From NCBI GenBank assembly GCA_964016885.1, contig OZ024742.1, forward strand, positions 363,754,001-363,818,000: a DNA stretch of 64,000 bases, read 5' to 3'. This document shows positions 25,301 to 40,300 of this stretch, piece by piece. Both the position numbers and the translations under genes were made by a program. Numbering within the stretch: position 1 is the first letter of the stretch; each line of letters starts with the position of its first letter. The notes beneath the pieces are model-generated. The model ran no database searches. It was not told where the DNA came from and worked only from the letters and a program-made list of their open reading frames with translations. Source of the DNA: Eledone cirrhosa (lineage: Eukaryota).

Positions 25301-28300
25301 TGTCAGATGGAACTATCCTTGGTGCTAAGTTGGTTAGAATGTCACATGGAACTATCCAAGCTGCTAAGTTGGTTACAATGTCAGATGGAACTATCCAAGC
25401 TGCTAAGTTGGTTACAATGTCAGATGGAACTATCCAAGCTGCTAAGTTGGTTAGAATGTCAGATGGAACTATCCTTGCTGCTAAGTTGGTTAGAATGTCA
25501 GATGGAACTATCCTTCCTGCTAAGTTGGTTAGAATGTCAGATGGAACTATCCTTGGTGCTAAGTTGGTTAGAATGTCACATGGAACTATCCAAGCTGCTA
25601 AGTTGGTTACAATGTCAGATGGAACTATCCAAGCTGCTAAGTTGGTTACAATGTCACATGGAACTATCCAAGCTGCTAAGTTGGTTAGAATGTCAGATGG
25701 AACTATCCTTCCTGCTAAGTTGGTTAGAATGTCAGATGGAACTATCCAAGCTGCTAAGTTGGTTACAATGTCAGATGGAACTATCCAAGCTGCTAAGTTG
25801 GTTAGAATGTCAGATGGAACTATCCTTCCTGCTAAGTTGGTTAGAATGTCAGATGGAACTATCCTTGCTGCTAAGTTGGTTACAATGTCAGATGGAACTA
25901 TCCTTGGTGCTAAATTGGTTAGAATGTCAGATGGAACTATCCTTGCTGCTAAGTTGGTTAGAATGTCAGATGGAACTATCCTTGCTGCTAAATTGGTTAG
26001 AATGTCAGATGGAACTATCCTTGCTGCTAAGTTGGTTAGAATGTCAGATGGAACTATCCTTCCTGCTAAGTTGGTTAGAATGTCAGATGGAACTATCCAA
26101 GCTGCTAAGTTGGTTAGAATGTCAGATGGAACTATCCAAGCTGCTAAGTTGGTTAGAATGTCAGATGGAACTATCCTTGGTGCTAAGTTGGTTAGAATGT
26201 CAGATGGAACTATCCTTCCTGCTAAGTTGGTTACAATGTCAGATGGAACTATCAAAGCTGCTAAGTTGGTTACAATGTCAGATGGAACTATCCAAGCTGC
26301 TAAGTTGGTTAGAATGTCAGATGGAACTATCCTTGCTGCTAAGTTGGTTAGAATGTCAGATGGAACTATCCTTCCTGCTAAGTTGGTTAGAATGTCAGAT
26401 GGAACTATCCAAGCTGCTAAGTTGGTTAGAATGTCAGATGGAACTATCCTTGGTGCTAAGTTGGTTAGAATGTCAGATGGAACTATCCTTCCTGCTAAGT
26501 TGGTTAGAATGTCAGATGGAACTATCCTTGGTGCTAAGTTGGTTAGAATGTCAGATGGAACTATCCTTGGTGCTAAGTTGGTTAGAATGTCAGATGGAAC
26601 TATCCTTGTTGCTAAGTTGGTTAGAATGTCAGATGGAACTATCCTTGCTGCTAAGTTGGTTAGAATGTCAGATGGAACTATCCTTGGTGCTAAGTTGGTT
26701 AGAATGTCACATGGAACTATCCTTCCTGCTAAGTTGGTTAGAATGTCAGATGGAACTATCCTTGCTGCTAAGTTGGTTAGAATGTCAGATGGAACTATCC
26801 TTGGTGCTAAGTTGGTTAGAATGTCACATGGAACTATCCAAGCTGCTAAGTTGGTTCCAATGTCAGATGGAACTATCCTTCCTGCTAAGTTGGTTAGAAT
26901 GTCAGATGGAACTATCCTTGGTGCTAAGTTGGTTAGAATGTCAGATGGAACTATCCTTGGTGCTAAGTTGGTTAGAATGTCAGATGGAACTATCCTTCCT
27001 GCTAAGTTGGTTAGAATGTCACATGGAACTATCCTTCCTGCTAAGTTGGTTAGAATGTCAGATGGAACTATCCTTCCTGCTAAGTTGGTTAGAATGTCAC
27101 ATGGAACTATCCTTCCTGCTAAGTTGGTTAGAATGTCAGATGGAACTATCCTTCCTGCTAAGTTGGTTAGAATGTCAGATGGAACTATCCTTCCTGCTAA
27201 GTTGGTTAGAATGTCAGATGGAACTATCCAAGCTGCTAAGTTGGTTACAATGTCAGATGGAACTATCCAAGCTGCTAAGTTGGTTACAATGTCAGATGGA
27301 ACTATCCAAGCTGCTAAGTTGGTTAGAATGTCAGATGGAACTATCCTTGCTGCTAAGTTGGTTAGAATGTCAGATGGAACTATCCTTGCTGCTAAGTTGA
27401 TTAGAATGTCAGATGGAACTATCCTTGCTGCTAAGTTGGTTAGAATGTCAGATGGAACTATCCTTCCTGCTAAGTTGGTTAGAATGTCAGATGGAACTAT
27501 CCTTGGTGCTAAGTTGGTTAGAATGTCAGATGGAACTATCCTTCCTGCTAAGTTGGTTAGAATGTCAGATGGAACTATCCTTGGTGCTAAGTTGGTTAGA
27601 ATGTCAGATGGAACTATCCTTGGTGCTAAGTTGGTTAGAATGTCAGATGGAACTATCCTTGCTGCTAAGTTGGTTAGAATGTCAGATGGAACTATCCTTC
27701 CTGCTAAGTTGGTTAGAATATCAGATGGAACTATCCAAGCTGCTAAGTTGGTTACAATGTCAGATGGAACGATCCAAGCTGCTAAGTTGGTTACAATGTC
27801 AGATGGAACTATCCAAGCTGCTAAGTTGGTTAGAATGTCAGATGGAACTATCCTTGCTGCTAAGTTGGTTAGAATGTCAGATGGAACTATCCTTGCTGCT
27901 AAGTTGATTAGAATGTCAGATGGAACTATCCTTGCTGCTAAGTTGGTTAGAATGTCAGATGGAACTATCCTTCCTGCTAAGTTGGTTAGAATGTCAGATG
28001 GAACTATCCTTGGTGCTAAGTTGGTTAGAATGTCAGATGGAACTATCCTTCCTGCTAAGTTGGTTAGAATGTCAGATGGAACTATCCTTGGTGCTAAGTT
28101 GGTTAGAATGTCAGATGGAACTATCCTTGGTGCTAAGTTGGTTAGAATGTCAGATGGAACTATCCTTGCTGCTAAGTTGGTTAGAATGTCAGATGGAACT
28201 ATCCTTGCTGCTAAGTTGGTTAGAATGTCAGATGGAACTATCCTTGCTGCTAAGTTGGTTAGAATGTCAGATGGAACTATCCAAGCTGCTAAGTTGGTTA

Positions 28301-31300
28301 CAATGTCAGATGGAACTATCCAAGCTGCTAAGTTGGTTACAATGTCAGATGGAACTATCCAAGCTGCTAAGTTGGTTAGAATGTCAGATGGAACTATCCT
28401 TGCTGCTAAGTTGGTTAGAATGTCAGATGGAACTATCCTTGCTGCTAAGTTGATTAGAATGTCAGATGGAACTATCCTTGCTGCTAAGTTGGTTAGAATG
28501 TCAGATGGAACTATCCTTGGTGCTAAGTTGGTTAGAATGTCAGATGGAACTATCCTTGGTGCTAAGTTGGTTAGAATGTCAGATGGAACTATCCTTGCTG
28601 CTAAGTTGGTTAGAATGTCAGATGGAACTATCCTTGCTGCTAAGTTGGTTAGAATGTCAGATGGAACTATCCTTGGTGCTAAGTTGGTTAGAATGTCAGA
28701 TGGAACTATCCAAGCTGCTAAGTTGGTTACAATGTCAGATGGAACTATCCAAGCTGCTAAGTTGGTTACAATGTCAGATGGAACTATCCTTGCTGCTAAG
28801 TTGGTTAGAATGTCAGATGGAACTATCCTTGCTGCTAAGTTGGTTAGAATGTCAGATGGAACTATCCTTGGTGCTAAGTTGGTTAGAATGTCAGATGGAA
28901 CTATCCTTGCTGCTAAGTTGGTTACAATGTCAGATGGAACTATCCAAGCTGCTAAGTTGGTTACAATGTCAGATGGAACTATCCTTGCTGCTAAGTTGGT
29001 TAGAATGTCAGATGGAACTATCCTTGGTGCTAAGTTGGTTAGAATGTCACATGGAACTATCCTTCCTGCTAAGTTGGTTAGAATGTCACATGGAACTATC
29101 CTTCCTGCTAAGTTGGTTAGAATGTCAGATGGAACTATCCTTGGTGCTAAGTTGGTTAGAATGTCACATGGAACTATCCTTGGTGCTAAGTTGGTTAGAA
29201 TGTCAGATGGAACTATCCTTCCTGCTAAGTTGGTTAGAATGTCACATGGAACTATCCTTGGTGCTAAGTTGGTTAGAATGTCAGATGGAACTATCCTTGG
29301 TGCTAAGTTGGTTAGAATGTCACATGGAACTATCCTTCCTGCTAAGTTGGTTAGAATGTCACATGGAACTATCCTTCCTGCTAAGTTGGTTAGAATGTCA
29401 CATGGAACTATCCTTGGTGCTAAGTTGGTTAGAATGTCAGATGGAACTATCCTTGGTGCTAAGTTGGTTAGAATGTCAGATGGAACTATCCTTGGTGCTA
29501 AGTTGGTTAGAATGTCAGATGGAACTATCCTTGCTGCTAAGTTGGTTAGAATGTCAGATGGAACTATCCTTCCTGCTAAGTTGGTTAGAATGTCAGATGG
29601 AACTATCCTTGCTGCTAAGTTGGTTACAATGTCAGATGGAACTATCCAAGCTGCTAAGTTGGTTACAATGTCAGATGGAACTATCCAAGCTGCTAAGTTG
29701 GTTACAATGTCAGATGGAACTATCCAAGCTGCTAAGTTGGTTAGAATGTCAGATGGAACTATCCTTGCTGCTAAGTTGGTTAGAATGTCAGATGGAACTA
29801 TCCTTGCTGCTAAGTTGATTAGAATGTCAGATGGAACTATCCTTGCTGCTAAGTTGGTTAGAATGTCAGATGGAACTATCCTTCCTGCTAAGTTGGTTAG
29901 AATGTCAGATGGAACTATCCTTGGTGCTAAGTTGGTTAGAATGTCAGATGGAACTATCCTTCCTGCTAAGTTGGTTAGAATGTCAGATGGAACTATCCTT
30001 GGTGCTAAGTTGGTTAGAATGTCAGATAGAACTATCCTTCCTGCTAAGTTGGTTAGAATGTCAGATGGAACTATCCAAGCTGCTAAGTTGGTTACAATGT
30101 CAGATGGAACTATCCAAGCTGCTAAGTTGGTTTCAATGTCAGATGGAACTATCCAAGCTGCTAAGTTGGTTAGAATGTCAGATGGAACTATCCTTGCTGC
30201 TAAGTTGGTTAGAATGTCAGATGGAACTATCCTTGGTGCTAAGTTGGTTAGAATGTCAGATGGAACTATCCTTCCTGCTAAGTTGGTTAGAATGTCAGAT
30301 GGAACTATCCTTGCTGCTAAGTTGGTTAGAATGTCAGATGGAACTATCCTTGCTGCTAAGTTGGTTAGAATGTCAGATGGAACTATCCTTGGTGCTAAGT
30401 TGGTTAGAATGTCAGATGGAACTATCCAAGCTGCTAAGTTGGTTACAATGTCAGATGGAACTATCCAAGCTGCTAAGTTGGTTAGAATGTCAGATGGAAC
30501 TATCCTTCCTGCTAAGTTGGTTAGAATGTCAGATGGAACTATCCTTCCTGCTAAGTTGGTTAGAATGTCACATGGAACTATCCTTCCTGCTAAGTTGGTT
30601 AGAATGTCACATGGAACTATCCTTCCTGCTAAGTTGGTTAGAATGTCAGATGGAACTATCCTTGGTGCTAAGTTGGTTAGAATGTCAGATGGAACTATCC
30701 TTGGTGCTAAGTTGGTTAGAATGTCACATGGAACTATCCTTGGTGCTAAGTTGGTTAGAATGTCAGATGGAACTATCCTTCCTGCTAAGTTGGTTAGAAT
30801 GTCAGATGGAACTATCCTTGGTGCTAAGTTGGTTAGAATGTCACATGGAACTATCCTTCCTGCTAAGTTGGTTAGAATGTCACATGGAACTATCCTTCCT
30901 GCTAAGTTGGTTAGAATGTCAGATGGAACTATCCTTGGTGCTAAGTTGGTTAGAATGTCAGATGGAACTATCCTTGGTGCTAAGTTGGTTAGAATGTCAC
31001 ATGGAACTATCCTTGGTGCTAAGTTGGTTAGAATGTCAGATGGAACTATCCTTCCTGCTAAGTTGGTTAGAATGTCACATGGAACTATCCTTGGTGCTAA
31101 GTTGGTTAGAATGTCAGATGGAACTATCCTTGGTGCTAAGTTGGTTAGAATGTCACATGGAACTATCCTTCCTGCTAAGTTGGTTAGAATGTCACATGGA
31201 ACTATCCTTCCTGCTAAGTTGGTTAGAATGTCACATGGAACTATCCTTGGTGCTAAGTTGGTTAGAATGTCAGATAGAACTATCCTTCCTGCTAAGTTGG

Positions 31301-34300
31301 TTAGAATGTCAGATGGAACTATCCTTGGTGCTAAGTTGGTTAGAATGTCACATGGAACTATCCTTCCTGCTAAGTTGGTTAGAATGTCACATGGAACTAT
31401 CCTTCCTGCTAAGTTGGTTAGAATGTCAGATGGAACTATCCTTGGTGCTAAGTTGGTTAGAATGTCAGATGGAACTATCCTTGGTGCTAAGTTGGTTAGA
31501 ATGTCAGATGGAACTATCCTTGGTGCTAAGTTGGTTAGAATGTCAGATGGAACTATCCTTGGTGCTAAGTTGGTTAGAATGTCACATGGAACTATCCTTC
31601 CTGCTAAGTTGGTTAGAATGTCAGATGGAACTATCCTTCCTGCTAAGTTGGTTAGAATGTCAGATGGAACTATCCTTGGTGCTAAGTTGGTTAGAATGTC
31701 ACATGGAACTATCCTTGGTGCTAAGTTGGTTAGAATGTCACATGGAACTATCCTTCCTGCTAAGTTGGTTAGAATGTCAGATGGAACTATCCTTGGTGCT
31801 AAGTTGGTTAGAATGTCAGATGGAACTATCCTTGGTGCTAAGTTGGTTAGAATGTCACATGGAACTATCCTTCCTGCTAAGTTGGTTAGAATGTCACATG
31901 GAACTATCCTTCCTGCTAAGTTGGTTAGAATGTCAGATGGAACTATCCTTGGTGCTAAGTTGGTTAGAATGTCACATGGAACTATCCTTCCTGCTAAGTT
32001 GGTTAGAATGTCAGATGGAACTATCCTTCCTGCTAAGTTGGTTAGAATGTCAGATGGAACTTTCCTTGGTGCTAAGTTGGTTAGAATGTCACATGGAACT
32101 ATCCTTCCTGCTAAGTTGGTTAGAATGTCACATGGAACTATCCTTCCTGCTAAGTTGGTTAGAATGTCAGATGGAACTATCCTTGGTGCTAAGTTGGTTA
32201 GAATGTCAGATGGAACTATCCTTGGTGCTAAGTTGGTTAGAATGTCACATGGAACTATCCTTCCTGCTAAGTTGGTTAGAATGTCAGATGGAACTATCCT
32301 TCCTGCTAAGTTGGTTAGAATGTCAGATGGAACTATCCTTGGTGCTAAGTTGGTTAGAATGTCACATGGAACTATCCTTGGTGCTAAGTTGGTTACAATG
32401 TCAGATGGAACTATCCTTCCTGCTAAGTTGGTTAGAATGTCAGATGGAACTATCCTTGGTGCTAAGTTGGTTAGAATGTCAGATGGAACTATCCTTGGTG
32501 CTAAGTTGGTTAGAATGTCAGATGGAACTATCCTTGCTGCTAAGTTGGTTAGAATGTCACATGGAACTATCCTTGGTGCTAAGTTGGTTAGAATGTCAGA
32601 TGGAACTATCCTTCCTGCTAAGTTGGTTAGAATGTCAGATGGAACTATCCTTGCTGCTAAGTTGGTTAGAATGTCAGATGGAACTATCCTTGCTGCTAAG
32701 TTGGTTAGAATGTCACATGGAACTATCCTTGGTGCTAAGTTGGTTAGAATGTCAGATGGAACTATCCTTCCTGCTAAGTTGGTTAGAATGTCAGATGGAA
32801 CTATCCTTGCTGCTAAGTTGGTTAGAATGTCACATGGAACTATCCTTGGTGCTAAGTTGGTTAGAATGTCAGATGGAACTATCCTTCCTGCTAAGTTGGT
32901 TAGAATGTCAGATGGAACTATCCTTGCTGCTAAGTTGGTTAGAATGTCAGATGGAACTATCCTTCCTGCTAAGTTGGTTACAATGTCAGATGGAACTATC
33001 CAAGCTGCTAAGTTGGTTACAATGTCAGATGGAACTATCCTTCCTGCTAAGTTGGTTAGAATGTCAGATGGAACTATCCTTGGTGCTAAGTTGGTTAGAA
33101 TGTCAGATGGAACTATCCAAGCTGCTAAGTTGGTTACAATGTCAGATGGAACTATCCAAGCTGCTAAGTTGGTTACAATGTCAGATGGAACTATCCAAGC
33201 TGCTAAGTTGGTTACAATGTCAGATGGAACTATCCAAGCTGCTAAGTTGGTTACAATGTCAGATGGAACTATCCTTCCTGCTAAGTTGGTTAGAATGTCA
33301 GATGGAACTATCCTTCCTGCTAAGTTGGTTAGAATGTCAGATGGAACTATCCTTCCTGCTAAGTTGGTTAGAATGTCAGATGGAACTATCCTTGGTGCTA
33401 AGTTGGTTAGAATGTCACATGGAACTATCCTTCCTGCTAAGTTGGTTAGAATGTCACATGGAACTATCCTTCCTGCTAAGTTGGTTAGAATGTCAGATGG
33501 AACTATCCTTGGTGCTAAGTTGGTTAGAATGTCAGATGGAACTATCCTTGGTGCTAAGTTGGTTAGAATGTCACATGGAACTATCCTTCCTGCTAAGTTG
33601 GTTAGAATGTCACATGGAACTATCCTTCCTGCTAAGTTGGTTAGAATGTCACATGGAACTATCCTTCCTGCTAAGTTGGTTAGAATGTCAGATGGAACTA
33701 TCCTTGGTGCTAAGTTGGTTAGAATGTCAGATGGAACTATCCTTGGTGCTAAGTTGGTTAGAATGTCAGATGGAACTATCCTTGGTGCTAAGTTGGTTAG
33801 AATGTCAGATGGAACTATCCTTGGTGCTAAGTTGGTTAGAATGTCACATGGAACTATCCTTCCTGCTAAGTTGGTTAGAATGTCACATGGAACTATCCTT
33901 CCTGCTAAGTTGGTTAGAATGTCACATGGAACTATCCTTCCTGCTAAGTTGGTTAGAATGTCAGATGGAACTATCCTTGGTGCTAAGTTGGTTAGAATGT
34001 CAGATGGAACTATCCTTGGTGCTAAGTTGGTTAGAATGTCAGATGGAAATATCCAAGCTGCTAAGTTGGTTACAATGTCAGATGGAACTATCCAAGCTGC
34101 TAAGTTGGTTACAATGTCAGATGGAACTATCCAAGCTGCTAAGTTGGTTACAATGTCAGATGGAACTATCCTTCCTGCTAAGTTGGTTAGAATGTCAGAT
34201 GGAACTATCCTTCCTGCTAAGTTGGTTAGAATGTCAGATGGAACTATCCTTGGTGCTAAGTTGGTTAGAATGTCACATGGAACTATCCTTCCTGCTAAGT

Positions 34301-37300
34301 TGGTTAGAATGTCACATGGAACTATCCTTCCTGCTAAGTTGGTTAGAATGTCAGATGGAACTATCCTTGGTGCTAAGTTGGTTAGAATGTCAGATGGAAC
34401 TATCCTTGGTGCTAAGTTGGTTAGAATGTCACATGGAACTATCCTTCCTGCTAAGTTGGTTAGAATGTCACATGGAACTATCCTTCCTGCTAAGTTGGTT
34501 AGAATGTCAGATGGAACTATCCTTGGTGCTAAGTTGGTTAGAATGTCACATGGAACTATCCTTGGTGCTAAGTTGGTTACAATGTCAGATGGAACTATCC
34601 TTGGTGCTAAGTTGGTTAGAATGTCAGATGGAACTATCCTTGGTGCTAAGTTGGTTAGAATGTCAGATGGAACTATCCTTGGTGCTAAGTTGGTTAGAAT
34701 GTCACATGGAACTATCCTTCCTGCTAAGTTGGTTAGAATGTCACATGGAACTATCCTTCCTGCTAAGTTGGTTAGAATGTCAGATGGAACTATCCTTGGT
34801 GCTAAGTTGGTTAGAATGTCACATGGAACTATCCTTGGTGCTAAGTTGGTTACAATGTCAGATGGAACTATCCTTCCTGCTAAGTTGGTTAGAATGTCAC
34901 ATGGAACTATCCTTGGTGCTAAGTTGGTTACAATGTCAGATGGAACTATCCTTGGTGCTAAGTTGGTTAGAATGTCAGATGGAACTATCCTTGGTGCTAA
35001 GTTGGTTAGAATGTCAGATGGAACTATCCTTCCTGCTAAGTTGGTTAGAATGTCAGATGGAACTATCCTTCCTGCTAAGTTGGTTAGAATGTCAGATGGA
35101 ACTATCCAAGCTGCTAAGTTGGTTACAATGTCAGATGGAACTATCCAAGCTGCTAAGTTGGTTACAATGTCAGATGGAACTATCCAAGCTGCTAAGTTGG
35201 TTACAATGTCAGATGGAACTATCCAAGCTGCTAAGTTGGTTACAATGTCAGATGGAACTATCCAAGCTGCTAAGTTGGTTACAATGTCAGATGGAACTAT
35301 CCTTGCTGCTAAGTTGGTTAGAATGTCAGATGGAACTATCCTTGGTGCTAAGTTGGTTAGAATGTCAGATGGAACTATCCTTCCTGCTAAGTTGGTTAGA
35401 ATGTCAGATGGAACTATCCTTGCTGCTAAGTTGGTTAGAATGTCAGATGGAACTATCCTTGGTGCTAAGTTGGTTAGAATGTCAGATGGAACTATCCTTG
35501 GTGCTAAGTTGGTTAGAATGTCAGATGGAACTATCCTTGGTGCTAAGTTGGTTAGAATGTCACATGGAACTATCCTTCCTGCTAAGTTGGTTAGAATGTC
35601 AGATGGAACTATCCTTCCTGCTAAGTTGGTTAGAATGTCAGATGGAACTATCCTTGGTGCTAAGTTGGTTAGAATGTCAGATGGAACTATCCTTGGTGCT
35701 AAGTTGGTTAGAATGTCAGATGGAACTATCCTTGGTGCTAAGTTGGTTAGAATGTCAGATGGAACTATCCTTGGTGCTAAGTTGGTTAGAATGTCAGATG
35801 GAACTATCCTTGGTGCTAAGTTGGTTAGAATGTCACATGGAACTATCCTTCCTGCTAAGTTGGTTAGAATGTCAGATGGAACTATCCTTCCTGCTAAGTT
35901 GGTTAGAATGTCAGATGGAACTATCCTTGGTGCTAAGTTGGTTAGAATGTCACATGGAACTATCCTTGGTGCTAAGTTGGTTAGAATGTCACATGGAACT
36001 ATCCTTCCTGCTAAGTTGGTTAGAATGTCAGATGGAACTATCCTTGGTGCTAAGTTGGTTAGAATGTCAGATGGAACTATCCTTGGTGCTAAGTTGGTTA
36101 GAATGTCACATGGAACTATCCTTCCTGCTAAGTTGGTTAGAATGTCAGATGGAACTATCCTTCCTGCTAAGTTGGTTAGAATGTCAGATGGAACTATCCT
36201 TGGTGCTAAGTTGGTTAGAATGTCAGATGGAACTATCCTTGGTGCTAAGTTGGTTAGAATGTCACATGGAACTATCCTTCCTGCTAAGTTGGTTAGAATG
36301 TCACATGGAACTATCCTTCCTGCTAAGTTGGTTAGAATGTCAGATGGAACTATCCTTGGTGCTAAGTTGGTTAGAATGTCAGATGGAACTATCCTTGGTG
36401 CTAAGTTGGTTAGAATGTCACATGGAACTATCCTTCCTGCTAAGTTGGTTAGAATGTCACATGGAACTATCCTTCCTGCTAAGTTGGTTAGAATGTCACA
36501 TGGAACTATCCTTCCTGCTAAGTTGGTTTGAATGTCAGATGGAACTATCCTTGGTGCTAAGTTGGTTAGAATGTCACATGGAACTATCCTTGGTGCTAAG
36601 TTGGTTACAATGTCAGATGGAACTATCCTTCCTGCTAAGTTGGTTAGAATGTCACATGGAACTATCCTTGGTGCTAAGTTGGTTACAATGTCAGATGGAA
36701 CTATCCTTGGTGCTAAGTTGGTTAGAATGTCAGATGGAACTATCCTTGCTGCTAAGTTGGTTAGAATGTCACATGGAACTATCCTTGGTGCTAAGTTGGT
36801 TAGAATGTCAGATGGAACTATCCTTCCTGCTAAGTTGGTTAGAATGTCAGATGGAACTATCCTTGGTGCTAAGTTGGTTAGAATGTCAGATGGAACTATC
36901 CTTGGTGCTAAGTTGGTTAGAATGTCACATGGAACTATCCTTGGTGCTAAGTTGGTTAGAATGTCAGATGGAACTATCCTTCCTGCTAAGTTGGTTAGAA
37001 TGTCAGATGGAACTATCCTTGGTGCTAAGTTGGTTAGAATGTCAGATGGAACTATCCTTGGTGCTAAGTTGGTTAGAATGTCACATGGAACTATCCTTGG
37101 TGCTAAGTTGGTTAGAATGTCAGATGGAACTATCCTTGGTGCTAAGTTGGTTAGAATGTCAGATGGAACTATCCTTGGTGCTAAGTTGGTTAGAATGTCA
37201 GATGGAACTATCCTTGCTGCTAAGTTGGTTACAATGTCAGATGGAACTATCCTTGCTGCTAAGTTGGTTAGAATGTCAGATGGAATTATCCTTGGTGCTA

Positions 37301-40300
37301 AGTTGGTTACAATGTCAGATGGAACTATCCTTGCTGCTAAGTTGGTTAGAATGTCAGATGGAACTATCCTTGGTGCTAAGTTGGTTACAATGTCAGATGG
37401 AACTATCCTTGGTGCTAAGTTGGTTACAATGTCAGATGGAACTATCCTTCCTGCTAAGTTGGTTACAATGTCAGATGGAACTATCCTTGGTGCTAAGTTG
37501 GTTAGAATGTCAGATGGAACTATCCTTGGTGCTAAGTTGGTTACAATGTCAGATGGAACTATCCTTCCTGCTAAGTTGGTTAGAATGTCACATGGAACTA
37601 TCCTTGGTGCTAAGTTGGTTAGAATGTCAGATGGAACTATCCTTGGTGCTAAGTTGGTTAGAATGTCACATGGAACTATCCTTGGTGCTAAGTTGGTTAC
37701 AATGTCAGATGGAACTATCCTTCCTGCTAAGTTGGTTAGAATGTCACATGGAACTATCCTTGGTGCTAAGTTGGTTACAATGTCAGATGGAACTATCCTT
37801 CCTGCTAAGTTGGTTAGAATGTCACATGGAACTATCCTTGGTGCTAAGTTGGTTATAATGTCAGATGGAACTATCCTTGCTGCTAAGTTGGTTACAATGT
37901 CAGATGGAACTATCCTTGGTGCTAAGTTGGTTACAATGTCAGATGGAACTATCCTTCCTGCTAAGTTGGTTAGAATGTCACATGGAACTATCCTTGGTGC
38001 TAAGTTGGTTATAATGTCAGATGGAACTATCCTTGCTGCTAAGTTGGTTACAATGTCAGATGGAACTATCCTTGGTGCTAAGTTGGTTACAATGTCAGAT
38101 GGAACTATCCTTCCTGCTAAGTTGGTTAGAATGTCACATGGAACTATCCTTGGTGCTAAGTTGGTTACAATGTCAGATGGAACTATCCTTCCTGCTAAGT
38201 TGGTTAGAATGTCACATGGAACTATCCTTCCTGCTAAGTTGGTTAGAATGTCAGATGGAACTATCCTTCCTGCTAAGTTGGTTAGAATGTCAGATGGAAC
38301 TATCCTTGGTGCTAAGTTGGTTAGAATGTCAGATGGAACTATCCTTGGTGCTAAGTTGGTTAGAATGTCAGATGGAACTATCCTTGGTGCTAAGTTGGTT
38401 AGAATGTCAGATGGAACTATCCTTGGTGCTAAGTTGGTTAGAATGTCACATGGAACTATCCTTGGTGCTAAGTTGGTTACAATGTCAGATGGAACTATCC
38501 TTCCTGCTAAGTTGGTTAGAATGTCACATGGAACTATCCTTGGTGCTAAGTTGGTTATAATGTCAGATGGAACTATCCTTGCTGCTAAGTTGGTTACAAT
38601 GTCAGATGGAACTATCCTTCCTGCTAAGTTGGTTAGAATGTCACATGGAACTATCCTTGGTGCTAAGTTGGTTACAATGTCAGATGGAACTATCCTTCCT
38701 GCTAAGTTGGTTAGAATGTCAGATGGAACTATCCTTGGTGCTAAGTTGGTTAGAATGTCAGATGGAACTATCCTTGGTGCTAAGTTGGTTAGAATGTCAG
38801 ATGGAACTATCCTTGGTGCTAAGTTGGTTAGAATGTCAGATGGAACTATCCTTGGTGCTAAGTTGGTTAGAATGTCACATGGAACTATCCTTGGTGCTAA
38901 GTTGGTTACAATATCAGATGGAACTATCCTTCCTGCTAAGTTGGTTAGAATGTCACATGGAACTATCCTTGGTGCTAAGTTGGTTAGAATGTCAGATGGA
39001 ACTATCCTTCCTGCTAAGTTGGTTAGAATGTCAGATGGAACTATCCTTGGTGCTAAGTTGGTTAGAATGTCAGATGGAACTATCCTTGGTGCTAAGTTGG
39101 TTACAATGTCAGATGGAACTATCCTTCCTGCTAAGTTGGTTAGAATGTCAGATGGAACTATCCTTGGTGCTAAGTTGGTTAGAATGTCAGATGGAACTAT
39201 CCTTGGTGCTAAGTTGGTTAGAATGTCAGATGGAACTATCCTTCCTGCTAAGTTGGTTAGAATGTCAGATGGAACTATCCTTGGTGCTAAGTTGGTTACA
39301 ATGTCAGATGGAACTATCCTTCCTGCTAAGTTGGTTAGAATGTCAGATGGAACTATCCTTGGTGCTAAGTTGGTTAGAATGTCAGATGGAACTATCCTTC
39401 CTGCTAAGTTGGTTAGAATGTCAGATGGAACTATCCTTCCTGCTAAGTTGGTTAGAATGTCAGATGGAACTATCCTTGGTGCTAAGTTGGTTAGAATGTC
39501 ACATGGAACTATCCTTGGTGCTAAGTTGGTTAGAATGTCACATGGAACTATCCTTGCTGCTAAGTTGGTTAGAATGTCAGATGGAACTATCCTTCCTGCT
39601 AAGTTGGTTAGAATGTCAAATGGAACTATCCTTGGTGCTAAGTTGGTTAGAATGTCACATGGAACTATCCTTGGTGCTAAGTTGGTTAGAATGTCACATG
39701 GAACTATCCTTGCTGCTAAGTTGGTTAGAATGTCAGATGGAACTATCCTTCCTGCTAAGTTGGTTAGAATGTCACATGGAACTATCCTTCCTGCTAAGTT
39801 GGTTAGAATGTCACATGGAACTATCCTTCCTGCTAAGTTGGTTAGAATGTCACATGGAACTATCCTTCCTGCTAAGTTGGTTAGAATGTCACATGGAACT
39901 ATCCAAGCTGCTAAGTTGGTTAGAATGTCAGATGGAACTATCCTTGGTGCTAAGTTGGTTAGAATGTCACATGGAACTATCCTTGGTGCTAAGTTGGTTA
40001 GAATGTCACATGGAACTATCCTTGCTGCTAAGTTGGTTAGAATGTCAGATGGAACTATCCTTCCTGCTAAGTTGGTTAGAATGTCACATGGAACTATCCT
40101 TCCTGCTAAGTTGGTTAGAATGTCACATGGAACTATCCTTCCTGCTAAGTTGGTTAGAATGTCACATGGAACTATCCAAGCTGCTAAGTTGGTTAGAATG
40201 TCAGATGGAACTATCCTTGCTGCTAAGTTGGTTAGAATGTCAGATGGAACTATCCTTGCTGCTAAGTTGGTTAGAATGTCAGATGGAACTATCCTTGGTG

